DNA from: Candidatus Latescibacterota bacterium
GTDB taxonomy: Bacteria; Latescibacterota; UBA2968
Length of the DNA stretch: 64,000 bases
Reading direction: 5' to 3'
Assembly (NCBI GenBank): GCA_965204375.1
Contig: OZ241986.1
Coordinates: forward strand, 4,864,001 to 4,928,000
Shown in pieces: positions 28,908 to 38,706 of this stretch. The number at the start of each line of letters is the position of its first letter. Position 1 is the stretch's first letter. The position numbers were made by a program, and so were the translations under genes. The notes under the pieces are model-generated. The model made no database searches. It worked only from the letters and a program-made list of their open reading frames with translations, and was not told the DNA's origin.

Positions 28908-30269
28908 ATGTCCAATGCCGAATGCCCTAATATTATACTCATTCTAACCGATCATTTCCGGCGCGATGCCCTGGGAAAGAGCACGCCCAATTTAATGGCT
29001 TTAGCTGCAGAAGGAACGCAGTTTACCAACGCGTATTGCGCCACGCCGCTGTGCGGGCCTTCGCGAATTTCGATCATTACCGGAATGTACCCATCGCATA
29101 CGGGAGTATGCGGGAACCAGGCCGATGTGATTCACCCGGAGCTTCGGGACGATACGTTCATGCATCACCTTCAGCAGGCGGGATATTATACGGCAATGAT
29201 TGGCAAGCACCATTATATTGACAGCTACGGGTACTGCATTGATGTAACGGAGAACGACGAAGAACTGAGACGATATGGATTCGACTATATATTTCAGGTT
29301 CAGGACGACGGAGAAAACGGACACAATGACGATGAGTACACGAATTACCTGAAAAAACAAGGAAAGCTGGAGACGTTCCGGGAGGCGCTTCGCAAAGGGG
29401 GATTTCGGCATGTGTTCGACGATCCAGACGAGACGGCCGACGGGTTTATCGGGGTAAAAGGGATCCGATTCGTGGAGGACTATATAGAGGACCGGCCTTT
29501 TTATTTGAATCTGTCATTTATCGGGCCGCATCCACCGATGTGGCATCCGGGCGAGTTGCAACACGATCCCGAAGAGATGTCGCCACCTCTGGGGGCACCG
29601 GACGAAGCATCGGTGCGCCTGAGGCGGGCACACTATATGGACAAATGCGCGCTAATCGATGCTTATGTGGGCCGGCTGGTGGAGGCGCTGAAAGCGAAGG
29701 GGATATACGATAATACGGTAATCATTTTCACTTCGGACCACGGAGATTGCCTGGGCGATTATGGGATATTGGACAAGAGGTATTTCTACGAGAACAGTGT
29801 AGGCGTGCCGTTTTTGATGTGCGGTCCGGGAATCCCAAAAGAAGAAAGGATGAACGGGCCGCGGGTGAGCAAGGCACTGGTGTCTCACCTCGACCTGTAT
29901 CCGACGATACTTCGGCTTGCGGGGACCAGGCTCGCGTTCGACCGCCGCCGACCCGGGCTGGATATCCCCGCTATGGTTCGGGGGGAACCGCACATTGGGA
30001 GAAACGCGGTATTTGCCGAACTGGCTACATGTGCGATGGTGCGCACCGGAAACTGGAAACTGGTATTCGATCCAGAACAGGGCGGCGTACAGCACCTGTA
30101 TAACCTGGCAGTGGATCCGCTGGAACAGCAAAATCTGGCGGGAGTAGCCGGTTACGAGCATGTGACATTGGATCTGGTGCAACGCCTGTTGACGCACCGA
30201 ATTCAACAGACGCAGTACACACATATCAAAGAAGAACAGCGACTGCAACGCGTGCGCGTGCTACCTTAG
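28908..30269 (+). CDS. Sulfatase (S1)
   Basis: PNIILILTDH, CGPSR, GKHH, PHPP, SDHGD, LYNLAVDPLE. Confidence 0.92.
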   Translation: MSNAECPNIILILTDHFRRDALGKSTPNLMALAAEGTQFTNAYCATPLCGPSRISIITGMYPSHTGVCGNQADVIHPELRDDTFMHHLQQAGYYTAMIGKHHYIDSYGYCIDVTENDEELRRYGFDYIFQVQDDGENGHNDDEYTNYLKKQGKLETFREALRKGGFRHVFDDPDETADGFIGVKGIRFVEDYIEDRPFYLNLSFIGPHPPMWHPGELQHDPEEMSPPLGAPDEASVRLRRAHYMDKCALIDAYVGRLVEALKAKGIYDNTVIIFTSDHGDCLGDYGILDKRYFYENSVGVPFLMCGPGIPKEERMNGPRVSKALVSHLDLYPTILRLAGTRLAFDRRRPGLDIPAMVRGEPHIGRNAVFAELATCAMVRTGNWKLVFDPEQGGVQHLYNLAVDPLEQQNLAGVAGYEHVTLDLVQRLLTHRIQQTQYTHIKEEQRLQRVRVLP

Positions 30270-30281
30270 AAGGGAACTCCC

Positions 30282-30356
30282 ATGAATGATCGAAAAATAA
30301 TCCGCCCCTCCCGCGAACTGGTAGTTCCTTTTTGGGATATCAGCTCATGCCTGTAA
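30282..30356 (+). pseudogene. Short N-terminal stub (RraA/HMG-aldolase-like start) truncated at the ackA junction
   Basis: AAGGGA RBS and ATG right after the sulfatase stop. Reads MNDRKIIRPSRELV, then ends in the ackA start region. Confidence 0.35.
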
Positions 30357-31543
30357 TACTCACCATCAACGCCGGCAGTTCTTCGATTAAATATCAGTGC
30401 TTCGATATGGACAACGAAGAATGTCTCGCAAAAGGACACGTCGATCGGCTACTCTCTTCATCCGCAGAATTGTCTTACACGCGGCGGGATGGCGTCACCC
30501 GTCGCATTCCCGTACCTCAAACCGCTCATGAAGCCGTTTTTCAACGCATCTTTGAAATCCTTCTCCACCCGGAAAAGGGAATCCTCCGCGCGCCCGATGA
30601 AATTCACGCAGTCGGGCATCGCGTTGTACACGGGGGGAGCCACTTCGCAGCCTCCACCCGGATCACGCCCGAAGTCGAAAAAACAATCGAACAGAGCGCT
30701 CCCCTCGCCCCCTTACACAACCCCTTCAACTTGCGGGGAATTCGCGCCTGCCAGACCATACTACCCGACATCCCACACGTTGCGGTATTCGACACCGCAT
30801 TCCACCAGACCATCCCGGAATACGCCCACACTTATGCCCTGCCCCACGCGATATCCGAACAATACCAGATTCGACAATACGGTTTCCACGGCATATCGCA
30901 TCAATACGTCGCCATGCGTGCAGCGGAAATGCTCGGCTCGCCCTTGAAAACGCTAAAACTGATCACATGCCATCTGGGCAACGGCTGTAGCATCACAGCT
31001 ATCGCCGATGGAAAATCAATCGACACCAGCATGGGCTTTACACCTCTTCAGGGACTCGTAATGGGAACGCGCAGCGGAGACATCGACCCGGCGATCATCC
31101 TCTACCTGATCAGAGAACACCAGATGACACCAGACCAAATCGACCAGATGCTCAACCATCAAAGCGGTCTCATCGGCGTATCTGGAATCGGATCAGACCT
31201 CAGAGATCTAATCGCCGTCCATGAGGAAAATCGGCGTGCGGCACTTGCAATCGACATCTTCTGCTACCGCATCCGCCAATACATCGGAAAATACGCGGCA
31301 GTCCTCGACGGGATAGACGCGCTCGTATTCACCGCCGGAATAGGGGAAAACGCGCCACTCATTCGGGCGCGCATCTGTGAAAAACTCGGATTTCTGGGCG
31401 TACATCTCGACCAGGCAAAAAACGAGGGCAATCCCATGAACGAAACAATTCATCATGGGACCGCCCCGGTATCCGTACTCGTCATCCCCACCAACGAAGA
31501 ACTGATGATCGCGCGAGACACGCTACATGTGATTAAGAGCTAA
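30347..31543 (+). CDS. ackA: Acetate kinase
   Basis: INAGSSSIKY, GHRVVHGG, APLHN, FDTAFH, YGFHGISH, HLGNG, DTSMGFTPL, FTAGIGEN, PTNEE. Confidence 0.97.
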   Translation: MPVILTINAGSSSIKYQCFDMDNEECLAKGHVDRLLSSSAELSYTRRDGVTRRIPVPQTAHEAVFQRIFEILLHPEKGILRAPDEIHAVGHRVVHGGSHFAASTRITPEVEKTIEQSAPLAPLHNPFNLRGIRACQTILPDIPHVAVFDTAFHQTIPEYAHTYALPHAISEQYQIRQYGFHGISHQYVAMRAAEMLGSPLKTLKLITCHLGNGCSITAIADGKSIDTSMGFTPLQGLVMGTRSGDIDPAIILYLIREHQMTPDQIDQMLNHQSGLIGVSGIGSDLRDLIAVHEENRRAALAIDIFCYRIRQYIGKYAAVLDGIDALVFTAGIGENAPLIRARICEKLGFLGVHLDQAKNEGNPMNETIHHGTAPVSVLVIPTNEELMIARDTLHVIKS

Positions 31544-31616
31544 CATAGTTTGACCACCCTTTAATCCGCGAGCAATCCGCGCAGATATCTGGCGGCCAGG
31601 CCGATCGCAGAGCTTC

Positions 31617-32480
31617 TCAATCCACCGGGATGCGGTAGGAACTGCGACTGATATTCTCGTGGTCGGATGAACGGGCGACCCTGAGCGCGTGCTCGGTCAG
31701 CGGAAGGAAGGAATGGGTCTCGGCGTGCAGGGAAATAAAACCTTCTGCGTACGCACAGCGCCCCGCGCTACCAAACGCGCCGTCGCTGGTCTCGATCCGT
31801 TTCCGGGCATAGGCACCGCCGTATCCCTGGCTCACCAGGCAGTCCAGCGCCGCCAGCTTTTTCTCTACAACATCGGTGATATCGATGAACACATCGTTGT
31901 AGTAGCCCCCCTCGGAGCCCCAGACCTGTCGGGGAATCCCCGCACCGCCTCCCCCAAAATAAAAGACCTGCGCGACCCGGTGGGGGGGATTCCGGTCACC
32001 GGGGTCAACGCTGTTTGCCAGCCCGATGGCGTGCATCACGATCTGCCCGGCGGTGGCGTGCGCGTTGGTCAGGCCGTCACCTTCTTTGGGGAAGTGGGTC
32101 AGGACGATATCGGGACGGAGTTCCCGCAGCAACCTTGCCAGGCGCCTCACCGTCTCGTCCTTGACGAGCAGGACCGAATCATCGGCGCCAAAAAAGTATA
32201 TCTCTTCTACACCCAGAATCGCACAGGCTGCGCGAACCTCCGCCGTTTTGACGTCAGAGCGTTCCTGCATCAGCTTCAGAAGCTCGGTCCCATCCGGCAC
32301 TTCCTCCTGGTGGAACATCGCGTCGCTGATCACGGCATCATGCACCCGTGCGCCGTGGGTCAGCACCGCACACCGCACATCGTCGCCGCGGCTGACGTGA
32401 TGGGCCATGGTGCCGCCCGATTGGTCGAAGATATCGGCCGGATGCGCCCCGATGGAGAGCAGCCGTAGTGATTCTGTCAT
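31617..32480 (-). CDS. PIG-L/LmbE family protein (GalB hydratase-like HxAD motif)
   Basis: GAHPADIFDQSGG, LTHG, AACAILGV, RPDIVLTH, FIDITDV..KK..AL....SQ, YAEGF. Confidence 0.8.
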   Translation of the reverse strand: MTESLRLLSIGAHPADIFDQSGGTMAHHVSRGDDVRCAVLTHGARVHDAVISDAMFHQEEVPDGTELLKLMQERSDVKTAEVRAACAILGVEEIYFFGADDSVLLVKDETVRRLARLLRELRPDIVLTHFPKEGDGLTNAHATAGQIVMHAIGLANSVDPGDRNPPHRVAQVFYFGGGGAGIPRQVWGSEGGYYNDVFIDITDVVEKKLAALDCLVSQGYGGAYARKRIETSDGAFGSAGRCAYAEGFISLHAETHSFLPLTEHALRVARSSDHENISRSSYRIPVD

Positions 32481-33259
32481 TCTTCAGTCCTCCCACCTGG
32501 ATTGGCGCGCAAGGTTTCGAGGTTGTGGGTCAGGACCTGCGTGCCATAAGCGAGAATATTGCCGACATTCATAAAGCGGTAGCCCCAGCGAAGTTTTTCC
32601 TGGATCTCTTCGAGATCCACAAGCGTGGTGCCGGCGACAATGCCGGACCCTTCCAGCCGCCCGGGAACATCCCGCATAATCTCCTGGACTTCCCCGGCGC
32701 TGGTTTCGGTGATCTTTCCGACCGATGCGGACAGGTCGAGCGGCCCTACGAGCAGGACGTCAATGCCCGCGACCTGCTTGATTTCGTCGATGTTGTCGTA
32801 GGCCTCCTGGCTCTCGACCTGGAGGATCAATACGGTTTCTGCATTTGCGGTTTTGATGACGTGGTTCCAGTCTTCGCCGGCTATGCGGGTCCACATGGGG
32901 GAAAGCCCGCGCTGTCCCTCGGGGGGATAACGGGCATATTGCACTGCCTGGGCAGCTTCTTCGGCGGTGTTGACCTGGGGCACCATCACGGCCACGGCGC
33001 CGACATCGTATGCCTTCTTGATCAGCGCCGGGTCGTTCCAGGCCACGCGGATCATCGGCGCCACGCCGTTCTGCCTGGCAAGGACGGGAATGGCGTCCAG
33101 GGATTCGGTGGCAAACGGAGCGTGTTCGGTATCGATCCAGACAAAGTCTGGCCGGGCCTGCACGATGGTTCCAAGGACGAGAGATGAGGGGACCGGTAGA
33201 GAGGTCCCCAGCAGGATTTCGCCGTTTCTGAGTTTCTGTTTGAGTGGATTGGGATACAT
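32477..33259 (-). CDS. HpcH/HpaI aldolase family
   Basis: WIDTEH, IRV, PQV, RYPPEGQRG, QVES, VGPLDLS. Confidence 0.92.
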   Translation of the reverse strand: MYPNPLKQKLRNGEILLGTSLPVPSSLVLGTIVQARPDFVWIDTEHAPFATESLDAIPVLARQNGVAPMIRVAWNDPALIKKAYDVGAVAVMVPQVNTAEEAAQAVQYARYPPEGQRGLSPMWTRIAGEDWNHVIKTANAETVLILQVESQEAYDNIDEIKQVAGIDVLLVGPLDLSASVGKITETSAGEVQEIMRDVPGRLEGSGIVAGTTLVDLEEIQEKLRWGYRFMNVGNILAYGTQVLTHNLETLRANPGGRTEE

Positions 33260-33268
33260 TCGTTCTCC

Positions 33269-34108
33269 TTACTTGCGTTCCCATCGGCTGGGATTGATGC
33301 CAGGCGCGTGCCTGGCCATGTTGGACGGTTTGTTGCCCCCTTCGGGAGTCCAGTGGCGGGTGTTGCGATCTCCGAAAAAGGGCTTCACTGCATCGGACAG
33401 CGCGGCGACGGCCTGCGGATCCCACGCTTCAACTTTCTGGACAGGACCGGCCCAGGCCGGGCGGTAAGCAATAGCCAGCATCGCGCGGGACCAGTCGCCG
33501 ACATTGGGGAAGTTGCCGTGGAAGACCTTGTGGTTGATGAACATCGCAGAACCGGCTTTTGCGGTGACCATGACCTCTTCTGGATGGGACTCAAAGCGCT
33601 GGTAGGGATTGCCGTCTGCGTGCATGGAGAGATGTGACCGGGGAAGTACGCGGAATGGAGAAACTTCCGGGGTCAGGTCGTCCAGATAATACAGCACCCG
33701 GACCATGACCGGTACGCTGCCCAGATAACCAAAGATGCGCGAACCGTAGGGTTGGCCATCCGTATGGAGGCTGATGCCGGGATGCCCTGGCTCTGAGCGG
33801 GCATAGCCGTAGTGCGACAGGATGATGTCCTCCCCCAGGAGTTCTCTCAGAAAGGCGATTGTCGGGGGATGGGCGATGAGGTCGGTGATTTCACCGCCGA
33901 GGAACTGGATATCACTCCGTCCCCGCTGATGGATGCTGTAATCCACCGGGGTGGTTTCCAGGCTATCGGTTATCGCCTTGAGCCGGGTCAGATGCTCGGG
34001 CGTCAATAGATCGGGGATCAGAAGGTAGCCCTCGACCTCAATCTGGCGAATGCGCTCGCCCGAAGTCAGGGCAGACCAGTCGCGGTCATCGATACGTGGA
34101 GCAGACAT
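33269..34108 (-). CDS. PhyH family Fe/2-OG dioxygenase
   Basis: VEGYL, LHTD, YYLDDL, LPRSH, AGS...FHG..PN...R. Confidence 0.85.
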   Translation of the reverse strand: MSAPRIDDRDWSALTSGERIRQIEVEGYLLIPDLLTPEHLTRLKAITDSLETTPVDYSIHQRGRSDIQFLGGEITDLIAHPPTIAFLRELLGEDIILSHYGYARSEPGHPGISLHTDGQPYGSRIFGYLGSVPVMVRVLYYLDDLTPEVSPFRVLPRSHLSMHADGNPYQRFESHPEEVMVTAKAGSAMFINHKVFHGNFPNVGDWSRAMLAIAYRPAWAGPVQKVEAWDPQAVAALSDAVKPFFGDRNTRHWTPEGGNKPSNMARHAPGINPSRWERK

Positions 34109-34290
34109 ATTTCCTCCCTTGCAGTTTTCGAGAAAACAATATAAGATCTGTACTGCTTTCTACAAGCGGAATATGTTCCATGTGGTTCATCTCTCTCAGC
34201 CTATTCGCAATTTTTTGGCTTGTTCTTTATCGTATTATGGTATAATTATATATTTCCCAATAAAATTCCTCAACATAAACGGAGCGTCTC

Positions 34291-35379
34291 ATGATAGACA
34301 AAACCCACCTCTTTGAAGGTCGGACAAACGGATACCACATCTACCGCGTACCGGGTATTCTCTGTACGCAAAACAACATCCTCCTCGCCACGGCAGAGGC
34401 CCGACGCGGCAGAGGCGGCGATTGGGACGGCAATGACGTGCTCATGCGGCGCAGCGCGGACAATGGTCAAACCTGGGACTCACCCACCGTCGTCGCCCGT
34501 TACGACACGTATGGCGAAGGCCCCATCAGCAACTTCGTCCTGATCTCCGACCGCAAAGACGGCGCAGTACACGCCCTCTATTGCCACAACTACGCCCGCG
34601 TATTTTACATGCAAAGCAAAGACGACGGCGCCACATGGTCCGACCCCACTGAAATCACAGATATACTCACACCTTTCCGCGAACAATATCCCTGGCGCGT
34701 CATAGCCACTGGACCCGGGCACGGCATTCAACTTCAAAACGGACGTCTCATCGTACCCATCTGGATGTCGGACGGCGGCGGCACGGAATTTGGCCCGGGC
34801 AAACTCGGGCATCGTCCCTCCACGGTCGCGGGTATCTACAGCGACGACCACGCACAAACCTGGCAGCGCAGCGACATTATCGTGCGCACAGAAGGCGAAT
34901 ACATCAATCCCAGCGAAACACTCCCCGTTGAACTCAACAACGGGCGTGTCTTATTTAACATCCGCACGGAATCCAAACGCCATCGCCGCCTCATCACCAT
35001 TAGTCCCGATGGCGCGACCAACTGGTCAGAACTGCAATTCGACGACGCCCTGCTCGAACCCGTGTGCATGGGCAGCATCCTCAAACTTCAAAACGGCAAC
35101 ATCGTCTTTGCCAACCCCGACAACCTCGAACGCGAATTTACCAGACCGGGCCGCGTCTCTTATGACCGCAAACGCCTCACCGTCAAAATGAGCACCGACG
35201 ACTGCCAGACCTGGCCCGTATCCAAAATCCTCGAACCGGGGCCCTCGAGTTATTCCGACCTCGCCCAAACAGCCGACGGCACAATATGCTGCATCTACGA
35301 AAACCAGATCTTCACGCGACAAAACGACACGCGATACGTCACCGTCGCCCGCTTTGACCTCGAATGGCTGGAACAATAA
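34291..35379 (+). CDS. Exo-alpha-sialidase (GH33-like)
   Basis: YRVP (RIP) motif, EAR, Asp-boxes SADNGQTW/SKDDGATW/SDDHAQTW/STDDCQTW, GPGHG, SYSDL, YE. Confidence 0.88.
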   Translation: MIDKTHLFEGRTNGYHIYRVPGILCTQNNILLATAEARRGRGGDWDGNDVLMRRSADNGQTWDSPTVVARYDTYGEGPISNFVLISDRKDGAVHALYCHNYARVFYMQSKDDGATWSDPTEITDILTPFREQYPWRVIATGPGHGIQLQNGRLIVPIWMSDGGGTEFGPGKLGHRPSTVAGIYSDDHAQTWQRSDIIVRTEGEYINPSETLPVELNNGRVLFNIRTESKRHRRLITISPDGATNWSELQFDDALLEPVCMGSILKLQNGNIVFANPDNLEREFTRPGRVSYDRKRLTVKMSTDDCQTWPVSKILEPGPSSYSDLAQTADGTICCIYENQIFTRQNDTRYVTVARFDLEWLEQ

Positions 35380-35400
35380 AGCCAAAAAAGAAAGGGAAAA

Positions 35401-37020
35401 ATGAACACCTACGAACACCGTGAAATGATTCCCATAGGAGAAGACGAAACCCCCTACCAGTTGCTCACAACCGATTATATTTCAACGGGGCAATTTGAAG
35501 GCCAGGAAATCCTCAAAGTCGAACCCGAGGGCCTGACCATGCTGGCGGACCGCGCCATTCGAGACAGCGCGCACCTGCTCCGCCCCGCACACTTAAAACA
35601 ACTGACAAAAATACTCGACGACCCCGAAGCCTCGGACAACGACCGCTTTGTCGCCATTGAAATGCTCAAAAATGCCAACATTGCCGCAGGCGGCGTGCTC
35701 CCCATGTGTCAGGACACGGGCACGGCCATTATCATGGGCAAAAAGGGCAATCGCGTGTGGACCGACGGCAGCGACGAAGCCGCCCTCGCGCACGGCATAA
35801 CCAGAGCCTTTTTGGAAACGAACCTGCGCTACAGCCAACTGGCGCCACTCGACATGTTCCAGGAGGCAAATACAAAAACCAACCTGCCTGCCCAAATCGA
35901 AATCTATGCCGAGGAAGGGGATACGTACAAATTCATGTTCATGGCCAAAGGCGGCGGATCCGCCAACAAAAGTCTGCTCTATCAAGAAACCCGAGCACTG
36001 CTCAATCCCGAACGCCTGCGCGACTTTATCGACCAGCGCCTGCGCGAACTCGGCACAGCCGCCTGCCCGCCCTATCACCTCGCCCTCGTCATTGGCGGCA
36101 CATCTGCAGAATACACTCTCAAAACCGCCAAACTCGCGAGTGCCAAATATCTCGACACCCTGCCCACGCAGGGCAATGAATACGGCCAGGCATTCCGCGA
36201 TCTCGAAATGGAAAAACAAGTATTGGAAATGAGCCACGAACTCGGCATTGGCGCGCAATTTGGCGGCAAATACTTCTGCCACGATGTGCGCGTTATTCGC
36301 CTGCCTCGCCACGGCGCATCCTGCCCCGTCGGCATTGCCGTATCCTGCTCTGCTGACCGGCAAATTTTAGGAAAAATAACGCGCGAAGGCATCTTCCTCG
36401 AAGAATTGGAAAGCGACCCGGCAAAATATCTCCCCGAAGTCGATGAAGAAGCCCTCAGCGGCGACGTTGTAAAAATTGACCTCAACCAGCCCATGGACAA
36501 AGTGCGCGAAACCCTCAGCAAATATCCGGTCAGTACGCGCCTATCCCTCTCCGGACCCATGATCGTCGCACGCGATATTGCCCACGCCAAACTCCAGGAG
36601 CGCATAGACAGCGGCGAAGGACTTCCGCAATACTTCAAAGACCTGTGCGTCTATTACGCGGGACCGGCCAAAACACCCGAAGGATATGCTTCCGGTTCAT
36701 TTGGTCCCACAACCGCGGGGCGCATGGACAGCTACGTCGATTCATTCCAATCAGAAGGCGGCAGCATGATCATGCTCGCCAAAGGCAATCGCTCGCGAGA
36801 GGTGACAGAAGCGTGCAAAAAACACGGCGGATTTTACCTCGGCTCCATCGGCGGCCCCGCCGCCCGCCTCGCCAAAGACGCCATACGCAAAGTCGAGTGC
36901 CAGGAATATCCCGAACTCGGCATGGAAGCGATATGGCGCATCGAAGTCGAAAACTTTCCCGCATTCATCGTCGTTGACGACAAAGGCAACGACTTTTTCT
37001 CGGGCTTTATGCGTCCATAG
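35401..37020 (+). CDS. fumA: Fumarate hydratase class I (Fe-S)
   Basis: [58 protein letters not shown]. Confidence 0.95.
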   Translation: MNTYEHREMIPIGEDETPYQLLTTDYISTGQFEGQEILKVEPEGLTMLADRAIRDSAHLLRPAHLKQLTKILDDPEASDNDRFVAIEMLKNANIAAGGVLPMCQDTGTAIIMGKKGNRVWTDGSDEAALAHGITRAFLETNLRYSQLAPLDMFQEANTKTNLPAQIEIYAEEGDTYKFMFMAKGGGSANKSLLYQETRALLNPERLRDFIDQRLRELGTAACPPYHLALVIGGTSAEYTLKTAKLASAKYLDTLPTQGNEYGQAFRDLEMEKQVLEMSHELGIGAQFGGKYFCHDVRVIRLPRHGASCPVGIAVSCSADRQILGKITREGIFLEELESDPAKYLPEVDEEALSGDVVKIDLNQPMDKVRETLSKYPVSTRLSLSGPMIVARDIAHAKLQERIDSGEGLPQYFKDLCVYYAGPAKTPEGYASGSFGPTTAGRMDSYVDSFQSEGGSMIMLAKGNRSREVTEACKKHGGFYLGSIGGPAARLAKDAIRKVECQEYPELGMEAIWRIEVENFPAFIVVDDKGNDFFSGFMRP

Positions 37021-37031
37021 AGGAGCAAAAC

Positions 37032-37423
37032 ATGCGATACGCAAACATCTGCGGCGTCAGTGTCTCGGGTCTCTGTATTGGCGGCAACCCGTTCAGCGGG
37101 TTTTCGCACCAGACCAGAGAACGCAGCAAAGAAATGACCGATTATTACACCCCCAGCCGCATCAAAGACACCTGGCGACAGGCAGAAGAACTCGGCATCA
37201 ACACCTTCTTTGGGCGCACCGACGACCACATCATGGGACTTCTCGAAGAATACTGGGATGAAGGCGGCAGCATCCAGTGGTTCGCGCAGGTATGCATCGA
37301 ACGCGGCAAACCCGATGCCTGGCGCAAATGGCTCAGTGCATCCATAAAGACAACCCCGACATGATGAAAGAAGATATCGCACTCTTTGAGGAATATGTTG
37401 ATCATGTAGCCGTGACTGCATAA
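37032..37423 (+). pseudogene. Aldo/keto-reductase-like gene with internal deletion and frameshift
   Basis: N-part MRYANICGVSVSGLCIGGNPFSGFSH...GINT stops after 110 aa. An overlapping shifted frame gives KDNPDMMKEDIALFEEYVDHVAVTA*, which looks like a natural C-terminus. Confidence 0.6.
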
Positions 37424-37515
37424 AAAAGCTCTGGGTGATACCGATCATAGGAATAATTGTCTATATTTTCATATAAACACAATAAAGGGAACCCACACAC
37501 GAAGGGAGAAACGCT

Positions 37516-37743
37516 ATGCAGATGCCGAACCTCGAAACCCGCGTTGCTTCTCTTGAGGCTGTTCAGGCGCAAATCAATGAGCGTTTGGGCAGCATCGAAA
37601 ACCGGTTGACCAGCCTTGAAACGCGCATGGACAACCGCTTGACCAGTATCGAAAATCGACAAGCCAGCAATTTCAGGTGGCTTGTTGGCATCCAACTTAC
37701 CACGCTTATCACGCTCGGCACGCTCATTCTGTTCAAACTCTGA
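37516..37743 (+). CDS. Small coiled-coil protein with C-terminal membrane anchor (DUF1640/XhlA-like)
   Basis: Heptad repeats LGSIENRLTSLETRMDNRLTSIENR, then FRWLVGIQLTTLITLGTLILFKL. GGGAG RBS. Confidence 0.7.
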   Translation: MQMPNLETRVASLEAVQAQINERLGSIENRLTSLETRMDNRLTSIENRQASNFRWLVGIQLTTLITLGTLILFKL

Positions 37744-37765
37744 TAACGCAAAAGGGCGTCAAGCC

Positions 37766-37900
37766 ATGGTGTGTGATATATGTAGAAAATCGGGAGTGCG
37801 TCAGCGAGTGATAGGATTGCCCAAGAAAGTGACGGAAAAGGGCAATCCTGTTGACGTTATATCCTGGCGTTGGACAAATGGAAAGGCGAGATATTTTTAG
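37766..37900 (+). pseudogene. Stub of a YgiT/MqsA-type zinc-finger protein
   Basis: MVCDICRKSGVRQR start (first CxxC). The second CxxC is missing. Confidence 0.35.
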
Positions 37901-37901
37901 T

Positions 37902-38693
37902 ATGAACTGGCTTGCTGAACAAGAAGATAAATATTATACCTGGCTCAGGTCGAAAACTTATATTCCTGCGGAAAAGGAAGGCGATTGGAGTCTTATTTCT
38001 ACTCCCTTTACTGGCCTGTTCAACGACACACTGGAAATATACGCCAAGAAGGAGGGGAATAAAATCATGCTCTCCGATGACGGTAAGACACTCCACGATT
38101 TGGAATTGATGGGCGTATCTTTCTCGCGCTCGTCATCTCGAAAAGAACTTCTGAACAGAGTCCTGACCAGTTATGGCGTAAGCAATAAGAGCAACGAACT
38201 TGTAACACAAGCCAACAGAGAATCCGATTTTCCTCAGAGAAAGCATGATTTGCTTCAAGCGATGTTGGAAGTCAGCAACTTCTACGTACTTGCCAAGCCC
38301 ACGGTTGTCAATATTTTTAAAGATGATGTGCGGGGGTATCTGGATGAGCAAATGATAGTCTATACACCTGAATTTATTTCCAGAGGGTCTGTGGGTATTG
38401 AATTCAGCTTCGACTTTCAGGTGGCGTACCGGGAAAAGGAAATTGTGCTAAAGTGCTTCAACAGTATCAACAGGGCTTCTTTATCCAGTTTTCTGTTCAT
38501 GTGGAAAGATATTTTAGAATATAGAAAGAAGTTGACAGGCAAACAGGTCTCGGGACTTGCGGTTATCAACGACCAGGACAGGAACATCAACCAGGATTAT
38601 ATAGACGCGCTGGAGACGGGAGGAGCAAATTATATAAGATGGCAAGAAAGACATGAACCCGAAAACATCGCAAAATTACAAGAAGCCGCGTAA
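37902..38693 (+). CDS. DUF1828/DUF1829 domain protein
   Basis: ISTPF...NDTLEIY...LSDDGKTL..L...G; F.DDV..YL...; RGSVGIEFSFDF; VINDQD. AT-rich relative to its neighbours. Confidence 0.75.
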   Translation: MNWLAEQEDKYYTWLRSKTYIPAEKEGDWSLISTPFTGLFNDTLEIYAKKEGNKIMLSDDGKTLHDLELMGVSFSRSSSRKELLNRVLTSYGVSNKSNELVTQANRESDFPQRKHDLLQAMLEVSNFYVLAKPTVVNIFKDDVRGYLDEQMIVYTPEFISRGSVGIEFSFDFQVAYREKEIVLKCFNSINRASLSSFLFMWKDILEYRKKLTGKQVSGLAVINDQDRNINQDYIDALETGGANYIRWQERHEPENIAKLQEAA

Positions 38694-38706
38694 AAAGCAG
38701 ACATCC

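Noticed and set aside
37340-37423. Programmed frameshift or stop readthrough restoring the 37032 gene
   Set aside because: Even when joined, the product is about 130 aa, too short for a TIM barrel. An internal deletion is the simpler explanation.
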